Under the pieces are notes generated by a model. The model ran no database searches. It saw only the letters and a list, made by a program, of their open reading frames with translations, and was not told the DNA's origin. Below, in pieces: positions 37,423 through 51,045 of a stretch of 64,000 nt of DNA. Origin of the DNA: Octopus sinensis (Eukaryota); assembly GCF_006345805.1 (NCBI RefSeq), contig NC_042998.1, positions 31,496,001 to 31,560,000 on the forward strand, in the 5' to 3' direction. The translations under genes and the position numbers were made by a program. The number at the start of each line of letters is the position of its first letter. Within the stretch, counting starts at the first letter, position 1.

Positions 37423-38589
37423 CCGGTGGAGTAGTTAACACGTCGGGGAAAAGCCTATCGAAATTTCTTCCGGCTTTACATTCTGAGTTCAAATTCTGGC
37501 GAGGTCGACATTGCCTTGCATCCTTACGATCTCGATAAAATAAGTACCAGCAGTGTGACTGCTTCATAAAACAATAAATTCAGCAATTAACAAAGCTGAG
37601 ATGTAAGAAGACACTTCATTGCCGTTGTGCAGGCAACTTATACTTTAGTTTTGTCACGGACACTCTGCGCACTCACACACACACACACACACACACACAC
37701 ATGCTCACTCATGTGTACGCTCACACACACGTACAGTCACGCATACTTATAATTACGTTTATACACACAATACGCACAATTCCGCGCACACACATGTATG
37801 AATGAAGATCTCAGATTTGTTATTATCCATTGTCTACAACATAATTAAATTGTCCAGTGTATCAGTCGGCAGGAGAATTTATAAACTGATTTGTAAACAC
37901 ATAATTGCAAAACCAAATGACCAAAACCGGATAATAAGCTGAATATGTATGTTTCCAACACAACAACGGAGTAACAATACATGATAAGCAACGCACGATT
38001 CAAAAGGGATTACTCTTATATAAAATTATATGAACAGAACTTTATAAGCTGGGATTTGAGAAGTATTTTTCGCGTGATGAATCAAATAGAGATTATTACG
38101 ATACGTAAATTGCTCCGAAAGAATAATTGAATTATATGAACGACACATCCAAGGAGATAATTCGATACTTTTGAGCAAAAATATTTGGTAGGGTAAGTTT
38201 TAGCTTTTGTTCAATATTCTCGTTTTTTTGTAAGAAATATTCAAGTTAAAACTGCGATAAATTATCTTAATAAGACGTCAACTAGTATTACTTTATTTTG
38301 GAAATCAACCACAAAACAGTGTAATATCATCTAAAAAACCGATTTAGCTAACTAACGGAACATGTATAAATAAATGTAGAGAAAACTGAAAACTGCAGGT
38401 CGTCAAAATACGTTCGATTACGTGTTGATGAGTGATGAAACAATTATCATTTTTAGATAAATAAAACATATCCTAAAACTTACATTTCTTTGTATATCCC
38501 CACCGCTAGAGGGCAGTTACAATAGAAATTGCAGAAATATATCGATTGGCCCGTCGATATATTCGCCTATTCTTTTCGTTTAGTTGTCT

Positions 38590-38862
38590 ATTACTACGGC
38601 ACTCCATCGGTTACGACGACAAGGGTTCCAGTTGATCCGATCAACGGAACAGCCTGCTCGTGAAATTAACGTGTAAGTGGCTGAGCACTCCACAGACACG
38701 TGTACCCTTAACGTAGTTCTCGGGGAGATTCAGCGTGACAAGGCGTGACACAGAATGTGACAGAAACAGGAAGAAAGAGTGAGAGAAAGTTGTGGTGAAA
38801 GAGTACGGCATGATTCACCACCATCCCCTGTCGGAGCCTTGTGGAACATTAAGTATTTTCGC
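38590..38862 (-). mobile_element. SINE family B, 3' body
   Basis: Homologous to 1250-1530. Confidence 0.85.
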
Positions 38863-39399
38863 TGGGCTGGTTTCGTTTTTCGTATTTCACAATTCACAAC
38901 CCTTTAGGTTTATTTTGCAACTTCCATCGTCACGATGTAGTGAAAATAATTGCTTATAATTGACTTCGCTCAATTTAATCGTCTATATGTAACACTGACA
39001 AAATTGGCTTTATGCCTTTATCGAAAGAAATCAATGGTTGATGTTAATTTATCTCGTCAAATCTAAACGTTAATCTTCGGGTATTGGTTATATGAACTAA
39101 GTCATTAAACAAATAAAAGAATATCATTATAGCGACTTGGATAAAGTTGAATCGCCGAAGGAAATTATTGTTGTTGGATGGCTTCATTTGCAATGCTTCA
39201 GGAAATTTAGAATTTTGCTACAGGTTTATAAACCTTTCAAATACTAAGTCTCACAGAAAGTCAGTATATTTAACAGTAGAATTTATGAATAAAGTTAACG
39301 AATCTCCATACTATTGTTAATAATGACTAGTAATAACGGTTTATTATGAACGCTTGTAATAATAACTAGATATTGTCAATTGAATCATGCTTAGGAGTA

Positions 39400-40060
39400 A
39401 GAAATAATTGGCTTATATCAAGAGAAATACATATATTAGGTTAATTTAATCTATGATACGAAATGCAAAATCTCATAGAAGTCAGTATATGAATTCATAG
39501 TCTGGATATAGAAGCTGGATGTTTCGAAGCAGCTGTCCATAAATATCCTCTTTTCCTTTGATTTTCAAAGAGATATTTATATCTGCAGGGCAACTAACCT
39601 CTACGATGGTACATAACTTTGCCCTCTGTCCCAAACTACAATATCCGGCCTGTTATGCTTACATTTGACAGAAGTTTTGGTGGCAATATTCCACTAGTAT
39701 TCCTTGAGTTAGTGTTTATGAATGTATTCCATAGTAGAGGGATTTTCAAAATTTATTTCAGGACAGTCTTTTTTGCTACTTTGCTTGTTGCAAGATCAGA
39801 GACTGATTGTCGCTTGGTTTTCTATATATTGCAAGCTGGAGCGAATTCCTGCTATCTCTAGCGAACGGGTGTTCACCACTGATGATGGGCACAAATAGCC
39901 TAAAACCGTTGGGTTTGATGATCCCATCGTCTGCTAGATGGAGAGGGCTCGCTCCCCTTCTTGCAATATATACCGGAGGAAGATAGCATCGATAACCAAC
40001 TGGGGGAGGGCTTTCCTGAGGTTGAAAACGGCAGTAACGTCGAAACAGCCATGTTGATGT
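39400..40060 (-). mobile_element. Decayed RLE-type LINE (second family)
   Basis: WNIATKTSVKCKHNRPDIVVWD...IVEVSCPADINISLKIKGKEDIYGQLLRNIQLLYPDYEF (PD...E nuclease motif), with a frameshift. Confidence 0.85.
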
Positions 40061-41120
40061 GGCTATAAACACTACTTTCATGTATATATTACAGGCTTCT
40101 TTCAGTTTCAGTTTAGCAAATCATCTCACAAGAACGCTTTGGTCGACTCGAGGCTACATTAAAAGGCGCTTGTTCAAGGTGTCACGCCGTGGGACTGAAT
40201 CCGGAACCATGCGGTTGGGAAGCAAGATTCTTTATTTCATTATATTGGCCATAACGGCCTTACACAGAGATAGGAAGCTGCGGGCTGGACACAGGCATAA
40301 TGTTATATGAAATGAAAAATGAAAATGATGATTAATGGGGGGAAAAGCGACGCCCGCTGATCGTTCTTTCCCGAGAACATTGATCTCTTATATTATTCAT
40401 GAGGCAACAAACCTCTTACATTGTTCACAATTCAATAACAAAATGGGGCACTAAGCCTCTTACCTTTTTTTCCAAATTAGGAACTTTCAATAACACTGAG
40501 GCTTTTCAACCTCTTATCCATGTGTGGTAAGCAAACTTCTTACCACACAGCCACGCCTGTACCTATGTAAATGATATTAAAGATAGCTAAACCAAAGTAC
40601 TAGCTGCCAGGAGATTAAATGCTGCCTACTAAACATTGTGCTATGAAGAATGAAAAAGCCAAATGCACATTTAAATGATTCCTCCGAAAAACTTCTAGGT
40701 TGATTAGTATTTTGAAAACGGTTGCTCTTCGTTTTAGTCTCGCTTAGATCTGAGTGAGGGACCGATTAGCATCCAAGACATCCCACTTAAGGTCACCATG
40801 CTTTTCTCTCCAGCGCTGGATATCTGGCACAGTGCAATAAAATGTATCTGAAACTCGATCTGACATCACCACCTGGCTTCTTGGAGAATTTGGCATAATC
40901 CATTCAGGAGGAAGTTTTCACCACCATTACCCTCATCCACACATACTGCCTCCAAAAATAAAATTAAAAATACCAAGAACTATCTAACAAGCACCGCAAC
41001 CATGGCAATAATAAAAACAACACCAAAACTATCATCAATAAGAGCACATACACGACAACGACGACGACCACCACCACTACCACCACCACCAACAACAACA
41101 GCAACAGCAACATCAATACT

Positions 41121-41353
41121 TATTTCTTTATTGCCCACAAGGGGCTAAACACAGACAGGACAATCAAAGACAGAGAAACGGATTAAGTCGATTATATCGA
41201 CCTCAGTGATTTACTGGTACTTATTTAATCGACCCCGAAAGGATGAAAGGCAAAGTCGACCTCGGCGGAATTTGAACTCAAAACGTAACGGCAGACGAAA
41301 TACCGCTAGGCATTTCACCCGGCGTGCTAACATTTGTGCCAGCTCGCCGCCTT
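41121..41353 (-). mobile_element. SINE family A in a (CAA)n tract
   Basis: Full-length reverse complement of the family A consensus. Confidence 0.9.
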
Positions 41354-41834
41354 AACAACAACAATACTACTTCCACGAGAACCACGACCTCGGCAACATC
41401 AATGTCCTCATCAACAATTGATAACAGCAAGAGATGCAGCAGCAGCAGCAGTGTTGCAATAAGGAAACTGTTAGAAATAACAAATTACTTGTACCGATCT
41501 CTCTTATATTAAAATTATATTCTAAGTTTAGATATATTTTCGAAAATCACATTTCAGAAATTCTTTGAAAGATGGAGTGATGCACACCTTTACACATGTA
41601 CAATTTCCTGTCCATGTCCACGTTTATTAAATACGAATATTTACTTTAACATAACGACTTATGACAGCGCATTAGATAAATTTAATATTGCTGAAATATC
41701 TACAAGATACGTCTACCCTTAAAGATCAAATTATATTAGAGTTCTTTGATTGCAATCGTAACACAAATGACTGTTTCCTTTGGTAGAATAGCCGTAAGGT
41801 TGTACTTAATTCCGCCAGAATCATGATGCTTCCC

Positions 41835-41947
<113 letters not shown>

Positions 41948-42176
41948 TGTACTTGTCGTTCTGCTTGGCAGACTGCCTGTCTATCAGTTTATCTGTATGT
42001 ATGTACGTATGGATGGAAGTATATAAATGAGGAGTACAGAGGCAGCCGACTATTGGTGAAGAGTCGTTCTATGTGTTGCCTGTCCTGTTTTCAATTTGTT
42101 TCGTTGTTTGCGTATTAAACTCATTTGTTTTCGTATTTCATGTTCTTTACTGTTGGTGACGTCCTGCACCCATATA

Positions 42177-42257
<81 letters not shown>

Positions 42258-43052
42258 ATTTATATTATTATTTGATTGAAAGCCACACATCCATTTCCAA
42301 CTATGTATGTGTGTATATATGTATGTGAGTATGTATGAATAGATGTTTGTATATATGCATTTGTATGTATGTGTATATACATACATGCATGCATACATAC
42401 ATACATACATACATACATCCATACATACATTCATACATACATACATACATACATACATTCATACATACATACATACATACATACATACATACATACTTAC
42501 ATACATACATACATACATAAATACATACATACATACATACACACAAGACTTACGGAATGGAGTACGGAAGATCCGGTCTACATATGTTTCATATCGTGCG
42601 CAACCTCAGAAGTGGTAAAATCCAAGTGAGGTGTATACCGCTGGCTAATCTTCAGGCCAAGTATATCTTGATTATATTAAAGGTTACATTGTCGCAAGGA
42701 GATACATGCTGAGGCAAAGAAGATTCAATCAGAATGTGTAAGAGCAGAGTATGAGAGGAGTTTATTAATGCAGGAAGAACTACGTATTAGAAGGGAAGGA
42801 AAAAGAAAATATAAGGGAATGAGAGGAAGGAGGAATATAAAGGAGGTCAGTTGACTGGTAGTAAATAATAGACTTGTTTTGGCTGAATCACAGAATTTAG
42901 TAAGGAGGTAGGTATTTGAAGAAAAGATAATCTGGAGGGGAAAGGATGGGAAAATATTTTTGGTCGTGAAGGAAAAAGAAAGTGTGTATGAATAAAGCAA
43001 AGTAGAGTAAGGAATTTAAGCACGGTTATTTGACTGTTGGTATTCAAAGGGC

Positions 43053-43467
43053 AAGGCGGCGAGCTGGCAGAAACGTTAGCACGCCGGGCGAAATGCTTAG
43101 CGGTATTTCGTCTGCGTTACGTTGTGAGTTCAAATTCCGCCGAGGTCAACTTTGCCTTTCATCCTTTCGGGGTCGATAAATTAAGTACCAGTTACACACT
43201 GGGGTCGATTTAATCGACTTAATACCTATGTCTGTCCTTGTTTGTCCCCTCTGTGTTTAGCCCCTTGTGGGTAATAAAGAAATAGGTATTTCGTCTGCGT
43301 TACGTTGTGAGTTCAAATTCCGCCGAGGTCGACTTTGCCTTTCATCCTTTCGGGGTCGATTAAATAAGCACCAGTTACGCACTGGGGTCAATATAATCGA
43401 CTTAATCCGTTTGTCTGTCCTTGTTTGTCCCCTCTGTGTTTAGCCCCTTGTGGGTAGTAAAGAAACG
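43053..43467 (+). mobile_element. SINE family A head-to-tail dimer
   Basis: Junction AAAGAAATA|GGTATTTCGTCTG. Perfect 14-bp TSD GGTATTCAAAGGGC at 43039-43052 and 43468-43481. Confidence 0.92.
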
Positions 43468-45414
43468 GGTATTCAAAGGGCTTCTTTGGTGAATCACTGA
43501 AATTAGCTGGGAATTTAAAGAACAACTGCAAAAAGAAAAAGAAAAGCAGAGTATGAAGTGGCGGAGGTGTATGTAGGCGTATGTACTTGTAAGTTTACGC
43601 ATGAAGCGGGTAGGAGGAGGAGGAAGAGGAGGAGAGTGTTGAAATAAAAGGAAAGAAAACATTTCTTTAGATGGGAAAGAAAGATACGGAGAGAAGTTTG
43701 CAACTGATAATCAAGGAATTAAAGGAGAGAAATATTGTTGGTTTAACACATAGTGGGAGTGAAGGTGAATTTTTTTCAGCTTTTCTGCTTATCGTTCTTC
43801 GATATCAAAAAAATCCGCAATCGTCCGTCTCAGTAAACCACTATTGTCTCTGAAAGTTGTTTCTTTTTATATATTCTACGGATTGCTTGAAGCTAACTTT
43901 CTTCCTACACCTTGACCCCAGATCTAAGATTTATCTATATCATTTTTCCTGTCCTTCACCGTTTTCTATGTGTGTGTCTCTCTCTCGCTCTTCTTCGTTT
44001 CTCTTACTCATTGCTCACACGTAACGATCACCCATCTTTCTCTTCCTCACGTGATCGTCTTTCTTTTCTTTTACTACTGTCGTAAGGACAGCAAATATCC
44101 TATCTTTCTCTTATATCTTTTCTCTTGTCAAAGAAAATATTTCTCCAGAGTTCGGAATTTTACCCTCGTTCTCGACTAACGACCTTCCATGTTTGTTTTC
44201 GTTCGGTTTTCTTGTTTGTCTCCACTGTCTTGCTTTTGTTCTCAACTTTGACCCTCCGTAAGTTCCAAATTTTATTTTGGTACGTATGGGAGCAACTGTC
44301 TTCGAAGATTCATATTGTCGTTCAATGCTCGAAATGGGGAGTTGACAGACAGGCGACAACTGAGGAAGAGTCATTCTTTATGCTACTTATCCTGTTTTCT
44401 ATTTTTCTTTCGTTGTTTGCGTATAATACTCATTTGCTTTCGTATTCTACTATAGCCTCGGGCTGACCAAAGCCTTGTGAATGGATTTGGTAGACGGAAA
44501 CTGAAAGAAGCCCGTCGTATATATATAAATATATATATATATGTATATGTATGTGTGTGTTTGTGTGTTTGTCCCCCAACATCGCTTGACAACCGATGCT
44601 TGTATGTTTACGTCTCCGTAACTAAGCAGCGGTTCGGCAAGACGGGCCGATAGGATAAGTACTAGGCTTACAAAGAATAAGTCCTGGGGTCGATTTGCTC
44701 GACTAAAGGTGGTGCTCCAGCATGGCCACAGTCAAATGAGTAAAACAAGTAAAAGAATAAAAGGAAAGGAGAGCACGCTTTAAACATGGATACCAGGAAT
44801 TTTTATCTATCCCACATGGACACTATGAAAATAAATAAATTCTGTATATTTGTGCCATCGCACAATAAAATCGACAAACATGTGTTTGTCGGTTTCAAGG
44901 AGACTTCGGTCGCACAACAAACACAAGCAACAAGTCTAAACAGTATTTATTCAACTCGACAAACCAAAACACGAAACACTTGAAACCAAATCAACAGAAC
45001 GCGTAAATTTACTGGCATATAACATTTAGAATGGTACACAATCACACAGGCCTTCACTAATGGCCTGCGTACATTTACCTTATTTGACATCGCAGAATTT
45101 TACTATTAAAAGCACACGCCCGTGTTAAAAGTAAAGTCGAATGTAAAGTCAATTACGTATGAATGCGAAATTTGTGCCGTATATTGGACTAAATTATTGT
45201 GCTAAAAGAAAACTCAGCCTTCAAATGCCGGCGAAGAACAATGATTTGGCTGAAATTAAATTATAGAACTCTACATATTAGACATAAGAAACACAGAATC
45301 TAGAATCTTAAGATATTGTCAAAATTGGTTCATAATTCTAGAGAGGAAGATGGACAGTCATATACTATATAATTTCAGGAAAATTGCATTGACAGCTTTT
45401 AAAAATGTTAACTA

Positions 45415-45750
45415 GGAGTAGCTGTGTGGTAAGTAGCTTGTTTACCGACCACATGGTCCTGGGTTCGGTCCTACTGCGTGACACCTTGGGCAAGTGTCTT
45501 CTACTATAGCGTCGGGCCGACCAAAGTCTTGTGATGGGATTTGGTAGACGGAAACTGAAAGAAGCCCGTCGTATATGTTTATATAAATATGTATGTGTGT
45601 GTATATGTTTGTGTGTCTGTGTTTGTCCTCTCAACATCGCTTGACAACCGATGCTGGTGTGCTTACGTCACCGTAACTTAGCGCTTCAGCAAATCAGACC
45701 GATAGAATAAGTACTAGTCTTAAAAAGAATAATCTCTGGGGTCGATTTGC
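45415..45750 (+). mobile_element. SINE family C
   Basis: GGAGTAGCTGTGTGGTAAGTAGCTTG...GGGTTCGGTCC head, internal microsatellite. Confidence 0.85.
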
Positions 45751-45830
45751 TATGATAAAAAATAATACGATCAAAAATAAACTACAAATTCGTCTAATAA
45801 CTTAAAATTTTATAAGTAAAATCTACTCAC

Positions 45831-47150
45831 AATATCATGGTACGCCGCCACATTTGGAGTTAATGCTAGCGCAAGTCTCGCAGCTTCTGAAACAAAGGTA
45901 AAAATGTATCTTCTTTTTCATATACCACAACAATCATCATCCTATACAGCTACATGAACTTAACCAGAAGTTCAGATTTTCCCAACTTGTCAATTCCTAC
46001 ACGAACATTAACAGTAGAGCCAGAATCTACTTTAATATAGCATCGAAGATCCCAAGAGTGTATCAAATATCAGATGAAGGGGAAAAGTATGGATCTCATA
46101 AAATCACATTAGTAGTTTCGTAGCTTTGTACCAAGGAAGGGATTGGTCAAACTGATCCATTTAGATTAAGCATCCATTTAGAATTGCAAACAGTTTTTGT
46201 CGGACTAAATACCTACAGAAGAAGCTACTTTAAAGCCAACAAACAACAATATATATATACTAACTTCTTGAATATCCAAGAATCTGTACCCAATATCCAA
46301 AAGCCTGTACTTCGTAGTCTGCATTAAGTGTTCAACATTAATTGCCTTTTCCCTAAATATTGTATGGTTTCAAAGTATGTTGTGCCTATTAACTTTCACT
46401 CATACAGTAAACTAATACTGTTATAAGATCTGTTTATATACCACGTTCTTATCTTCATCCATTTGTGCAATTTTGTAATTTCATCATAAAATCATCAAAA
46501 GAATTTTCTCATGGAATATTCTGATACATGTTTATTTATGGAAGTATATACTTATATTATTACATAAATTTAATGCATTTATGTATAACCAAATATAAAT
46601 CATACAATTCTCTTGAAACTTCTCCAATAAGTATTGTCTGTGTGGTAAAGTTTCAAATACACTATCAATCATTTGAGAAACGGAAACGAGTTGATGAATT
46701 TACATTTAAGAAACTTTACAAGTGTTCATCATAATAAAGTACTATAGAAGTAAATTCCACCACTCGTCCCAATGTAAATTGTTGACTCTAGCAACAAGAG
46801 AGGAGAACATCATTTACCAGTGAACTCTACTCGTAATAAGGGGAGAAGTAAAGAAAACATCTGCAAACTTAGGCCTGTGGAACAGCCCTATGGTCATACA
46901 ATGTTTAACGCCGAAAAAAAAAACTTCTGCAGATTTATCGAATTTGACGCTGTTATCGATTAGATGTCGCTCATGAATTACAACTGATACACTTAAGTAA
47001 AGAAATATAACAGCTTTCAACGAATTCGGCATTGAGATTGAAGTGGAAGTAAACTTGACATAAGTAAAGCTTTTCGGTGTTACACTTTGCTTAAATTTAT
47101 ATCATAAGATTTGTTAACCATTTGCATAATCAAGCATCAACGTATACATT
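45831..47150 (-). pseudogene. Decayed coding-like block ending at a GTGAGT donor, unassigned
   Basis: Remnant peptides RLRSTGFWILGTDSWIFKKL, ILLFVGFKVASSVGI, IKVDSGSTVNVRVGIDKLGKSELLV and AV*DDDCCGI*KRRYIFTFVSEAARLALALTPNVAAYHDI|GTGAGT. Confidence 0.35.
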
Positions 47151-47559
47151 CATGGAAAACTGAATCCCCTTCCAAAACGTCATGTGAGATACTCGGAACA
47201 GCTTCAACAATATTCTCTGTATTTGCAAAGTGATCCGCATGCTACGAATTCGCTGGATATTACCACTAGCCATGCGAGAAACAATGGAAATGGTTACCGG
47301 AGACCCAAGTCAATCACTCCGCGTGCGAATAGAGATTTTACAAAGGGCAGTACAAAAGTGAGCTTCAAATGTATGAAAAACATGCATTACCATATAATTA
47401 CCGGATACAGCAGAGACAAGATCCCGGCATGCAACTTCTTAGTGCCTTTGTTTTCCTTTTTATTACTCTCTTTAACATTAAGTCCCCTCCTTCAAACAGC
47501 CACACAATCGAAATCGACGGGAGCGACCATCATCATTATATATATATGTATATATATAT

Positions 47560-48083
47560 ATATTATTAGTGAATTGAAGAAATGGAGTTGAACGAAGATT
47601 GAACAGAATTCCTTTTATTGCATTCTACACATGTTTCAAAAGCCACAATTTTCCAAATTCTGATTAAATAAGGATACCATATTGTGGCTTTCTCTTCAGG
47701 AAAAAAAAAAGTTCAGCCATGGGCTCTTAAAGAGCCTCCTCGTTCAAATTGCTTTGCTGCGCCTCTGTTCTGTTTTGTTCTGCCAACGGAATTCCTATTT
47801 TTTTCCTGAAGAGAAAGCCACAATATGGTATCCTTATTTAATCAGAATTTGGAAAATTGTGGCTTTTGAAACATGTGTAGAATGCAATAAAAGGAATTCT
47901 GTTCAATCTTCGTTCAACTCCATTTCTTCAATTCACTAATAATATTAAAATTCAATTATCCGCACCAACGCACGGTTGCAACACCAAATGGTTTTATCTC
48001 CGACCGTGCTTTCTTCTGCTGTGATTTTTGCTACCAAGGTATCGGTTAAACTTTTGATTAATCTGCAACAAGATTATTCATCT
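47560..48083. mobile_element. Hammerhead-bearing fold-back element, copy 2
   Basis: Arms 47560-47707 and 47798-47945 are 148/148 identical; tail 47946-48083; flanked by (TA)n. Confidence 0.9.
47803..47882 (+). ncRNA. Type I hammerhead motif (mirror copy on minus strand at 47623-47702)
   Basis: TTC-CTGAAGA-GAAAGCCACAAT...ATTGTGGCTTTT-GAAA-CATGTG-T-A-GAA; 12-bp stem II. Confidence 0.75.
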
Positions 48084-48182
48084 ATATATATATATATATA
48101 TATTCAAGATGTGACCGCGTGTGTACCGTTGGCGATTTTTTTCCCTCTGTCTTCCCTTCTCTGGATCTTTCCTTCTCCTATG

Positions 48183-48216
48183 CTTCCAACGAAGAGCTCC
48201 GCTCGAAACGTTAAAC
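48183..48216 (+). ncRNA. Degenerate hammerhead-like motif
   Basis: CCAACGA-A-GAGC(TCC)GCTC-GAAA-CG-T-T; core damaged and stem I poor. The tail of the same element also appears, inverted, at 13130-13195. Confidence 0.3.
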
Positions 48217-48320
48217 CCTCCTTCTTTCCTTCTTTCCCCAATAATATTATATTTGTTCCACGTCCTGGCGTTGTTGTGTTTATTTTGTGCTTTCATGTTT
48301 GGATTAACTTTATATATATA

Positions 48321-48362
<42 letters not shown>

Positions 48363-49534
48363 TATATATTATATATATATATATATATATTATATATGTA
48401 TGTATGTATATATGGAGAGAGAGAAAGAGAGAAAGAGTTCACATACAAACTCAGAATGTATCAATATACCAGGAAATTGTAATTTGCATTGATTTGCACG
48501 AAATGATTTTAGCCACTGTAATGATTTCTTACACAGGTGAGACTCAAGGCCAAAATTTTGGGTGAGTAATCACTCAATTATATCGATTTTCGGTTTTTGA
48601 CTCTTAATCATTTTATCGATCTCGTGAAGATGGAATTCTATGTTGGCGTAGTTTGAATACGGAACTTGAGGTCCGTAGCTAAATAGCACAAAGCATTCTG
48701 GCCGGTGCCCTAACAATACTACCAATCGATTGTAATCTGATTATCTTCCCTATGAAATGAAGCTATGATTACTTATAACTCTGTTCTACATTTGAAGCAA
48801 AGATATTTATTTTAATATCAAAAGTTTATCATGCGAATATATCTAACTAATTGAGATCCTGACTAACATGCGATTGCAAATATTTTAGTCAAAAGAAAAA
48901 CACAAACAAATATCGAAAGTTAAATCAGTAATAACAAAATTGACTAATCTAATATTTTAGATTCACTATGTTCAGAAACATCAATTCCTGTTTACTGTGA
49001 CGTGAAATCAAGTAATTAAGATTTTATCCGTTTGAACACCTGAAATTTAATAACAAGTTTGGAAACATAAATATTAAATATATCACAAATAGATTTTTTT
49101 CATTAGTAGCCTAATTGCCTGCCATCTTTTCTCTATATTGGAATTTATTCAAAGACTGCACAACAGGAAATTGTTGAAAATATATAAATAAAGTAAATGT
49201 TTATGTAGACGATAGTCTCTTTTAACACCTATGTGTCCACGAATGGATAAGAAAACTTTATGACTGAGTCTCTGAGTGTAATAACTGTTTCAGTTATTAA
49301 ACTGCGGCAATGCTGGGGCACCCCCTTCTAGAATTTAAGTGGAACGAATCGACTCCAGCACTTCTTACTTGTTTTAAAACCTAGTACTTATTATATCTCG
49401 CTCTTTTACAGAACCAGTAAGTTACGAGGAGGTAGACACACCAACATCGGTTGTCAAGCGGTGGTGGGGGACAAACACAAACACAAAGACACACACATAC
49501 ACACACACACACACAAACACACGCGCGCACACAC

Positions 49535-49583
<49 letters not shown>

Positions 49584-49953
49584 CGGGCTTTTGTTAGTTT
49601 CCCTCAAACAAATCCACTCACAACGTTATGATCGGTTCGAGGTTATAATAGAAGAGACTTGTCAAGGTGCCATGGAGTGCGACCGAACTCGGAACCGTGT
49701 GAATCAGAAGCAAACTTCTTACCATACAGTCAGCTAAAATGTTTCAATTCAGAGATTGTGACTATGTAAAACAAACTGGCTGTACGCTTGAAATCGACAT
49801 TTGTATATGAAGTTCAAAGTTTTCTGGCTAAAATGAAGCATCGGTCGGATTCTACGGCGAAACTGACTGTAATACAGTTGTATATTTAAGAGATGAGGAA
49901 TTATGTACAATATTTACAATTGGCGGATATTTGTCCTCATCTTGTTTGTTGTT

Positions 49954-49999
49954 AACACAACATTTCGGCTGATATACCTTCCAACCTTCATCAGGTGTC
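49954..49999 (-). ncRNA. Compact type I hammerhead motif
   Basis: Minus strand GACAC-CTGATGA-A-GGTTGG(AAGGTATA)TCAGCC-GAAA-TG-T-T-GTGTT. Confidence 0.75.
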
Positions 50000-50089
50000 T
50001 TGGGGAAATTTCGATCCTGGGTTCTCATTCCTAAGGTATTTTTCGATATTATTATCATCATTATTATTATCATTATTATTATTATTATT

Positions 50090-50635
50090 GAGTGAGAGAG
50101 CAGTACATGTCATCAAAGTGACACTGGGGTAAAATATACGAAGCCCAGTATACCCATCATGACTACCCGTCTGATAAGGGTACACCAGACACAGGCATCA
50201 CAACCATATGTGCACGACATGGTGATCTCATATCAAGATAAACAGCACATGACCTTGCAGGTGGGGCCCAGTTAGAATTTTCTTCTGGTCGAGTAACCCA
50301 TCCTGCTCAAAAGGTCCCTGAATAAGGGTTGTTTAAGGACGTTGAACGAAACACCCATGTTTCCAGAGGTGAATTATTCAAACCCCAAAGAATCCTTCTC
50401 AACACATGGCTATGATGCTCCCCCACTACTTCTGCTCGTGATGAGAGATACACATATCGTCAGCCACTAAGGGACATGCTCAACTGGTTAAGGTCAAACA
50501 ACTGACAAACAAATCTGTGCTATTGAGCAGAATATTTGCTGTAGCCCATCTTTTATACCAAGACAAAACAATGTACATGACAACACTTCCAATCAGTTAA
50601 GATCAGAAGCCATGAGAGCCACTGTCTGGTACTTA
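50090..50635 (-). mobile_element. Non-coding repeat (same family as 9383-9822) between (ATT)n/(ATC)n tracts
   Basis: Direct homology to 9383-9822. Confidence 0.75.
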
Positions 50636-50653
50636 TCATCATCACCATCATCA

Positions 50654-50693
<40 letters not shown>

Positions 50694-51045
50694 CATTATT
50701 ATTATTATTCAGGTCACAGACTGGAATCGAACTCGGAATCTTGGGGTTAGTAGCCCGCGCTCTTAACCACTACTCTATATGCCCACGAGCATATGGCTTG
50801 ACTGTAATCCTATACAAACCTTTACAAGGTTGTAGGGGAGAGTTCTACACTCCATTATTTAAAAGCATGTAGAATGTTAAGTGTTGTCACTATTCGTAAC
50901 TAATCTGTGACTGTCACGACATTCTACACAAAATAGCAAAGAAAACTTGTGGAAAGTGAGTTCGTAAAACACATTATCAGTTTCACCATACAAAGTATCT
51001 CATTGGACGTATACGGGTTTCTTTGAGACTAATACTTTTTTCCAG

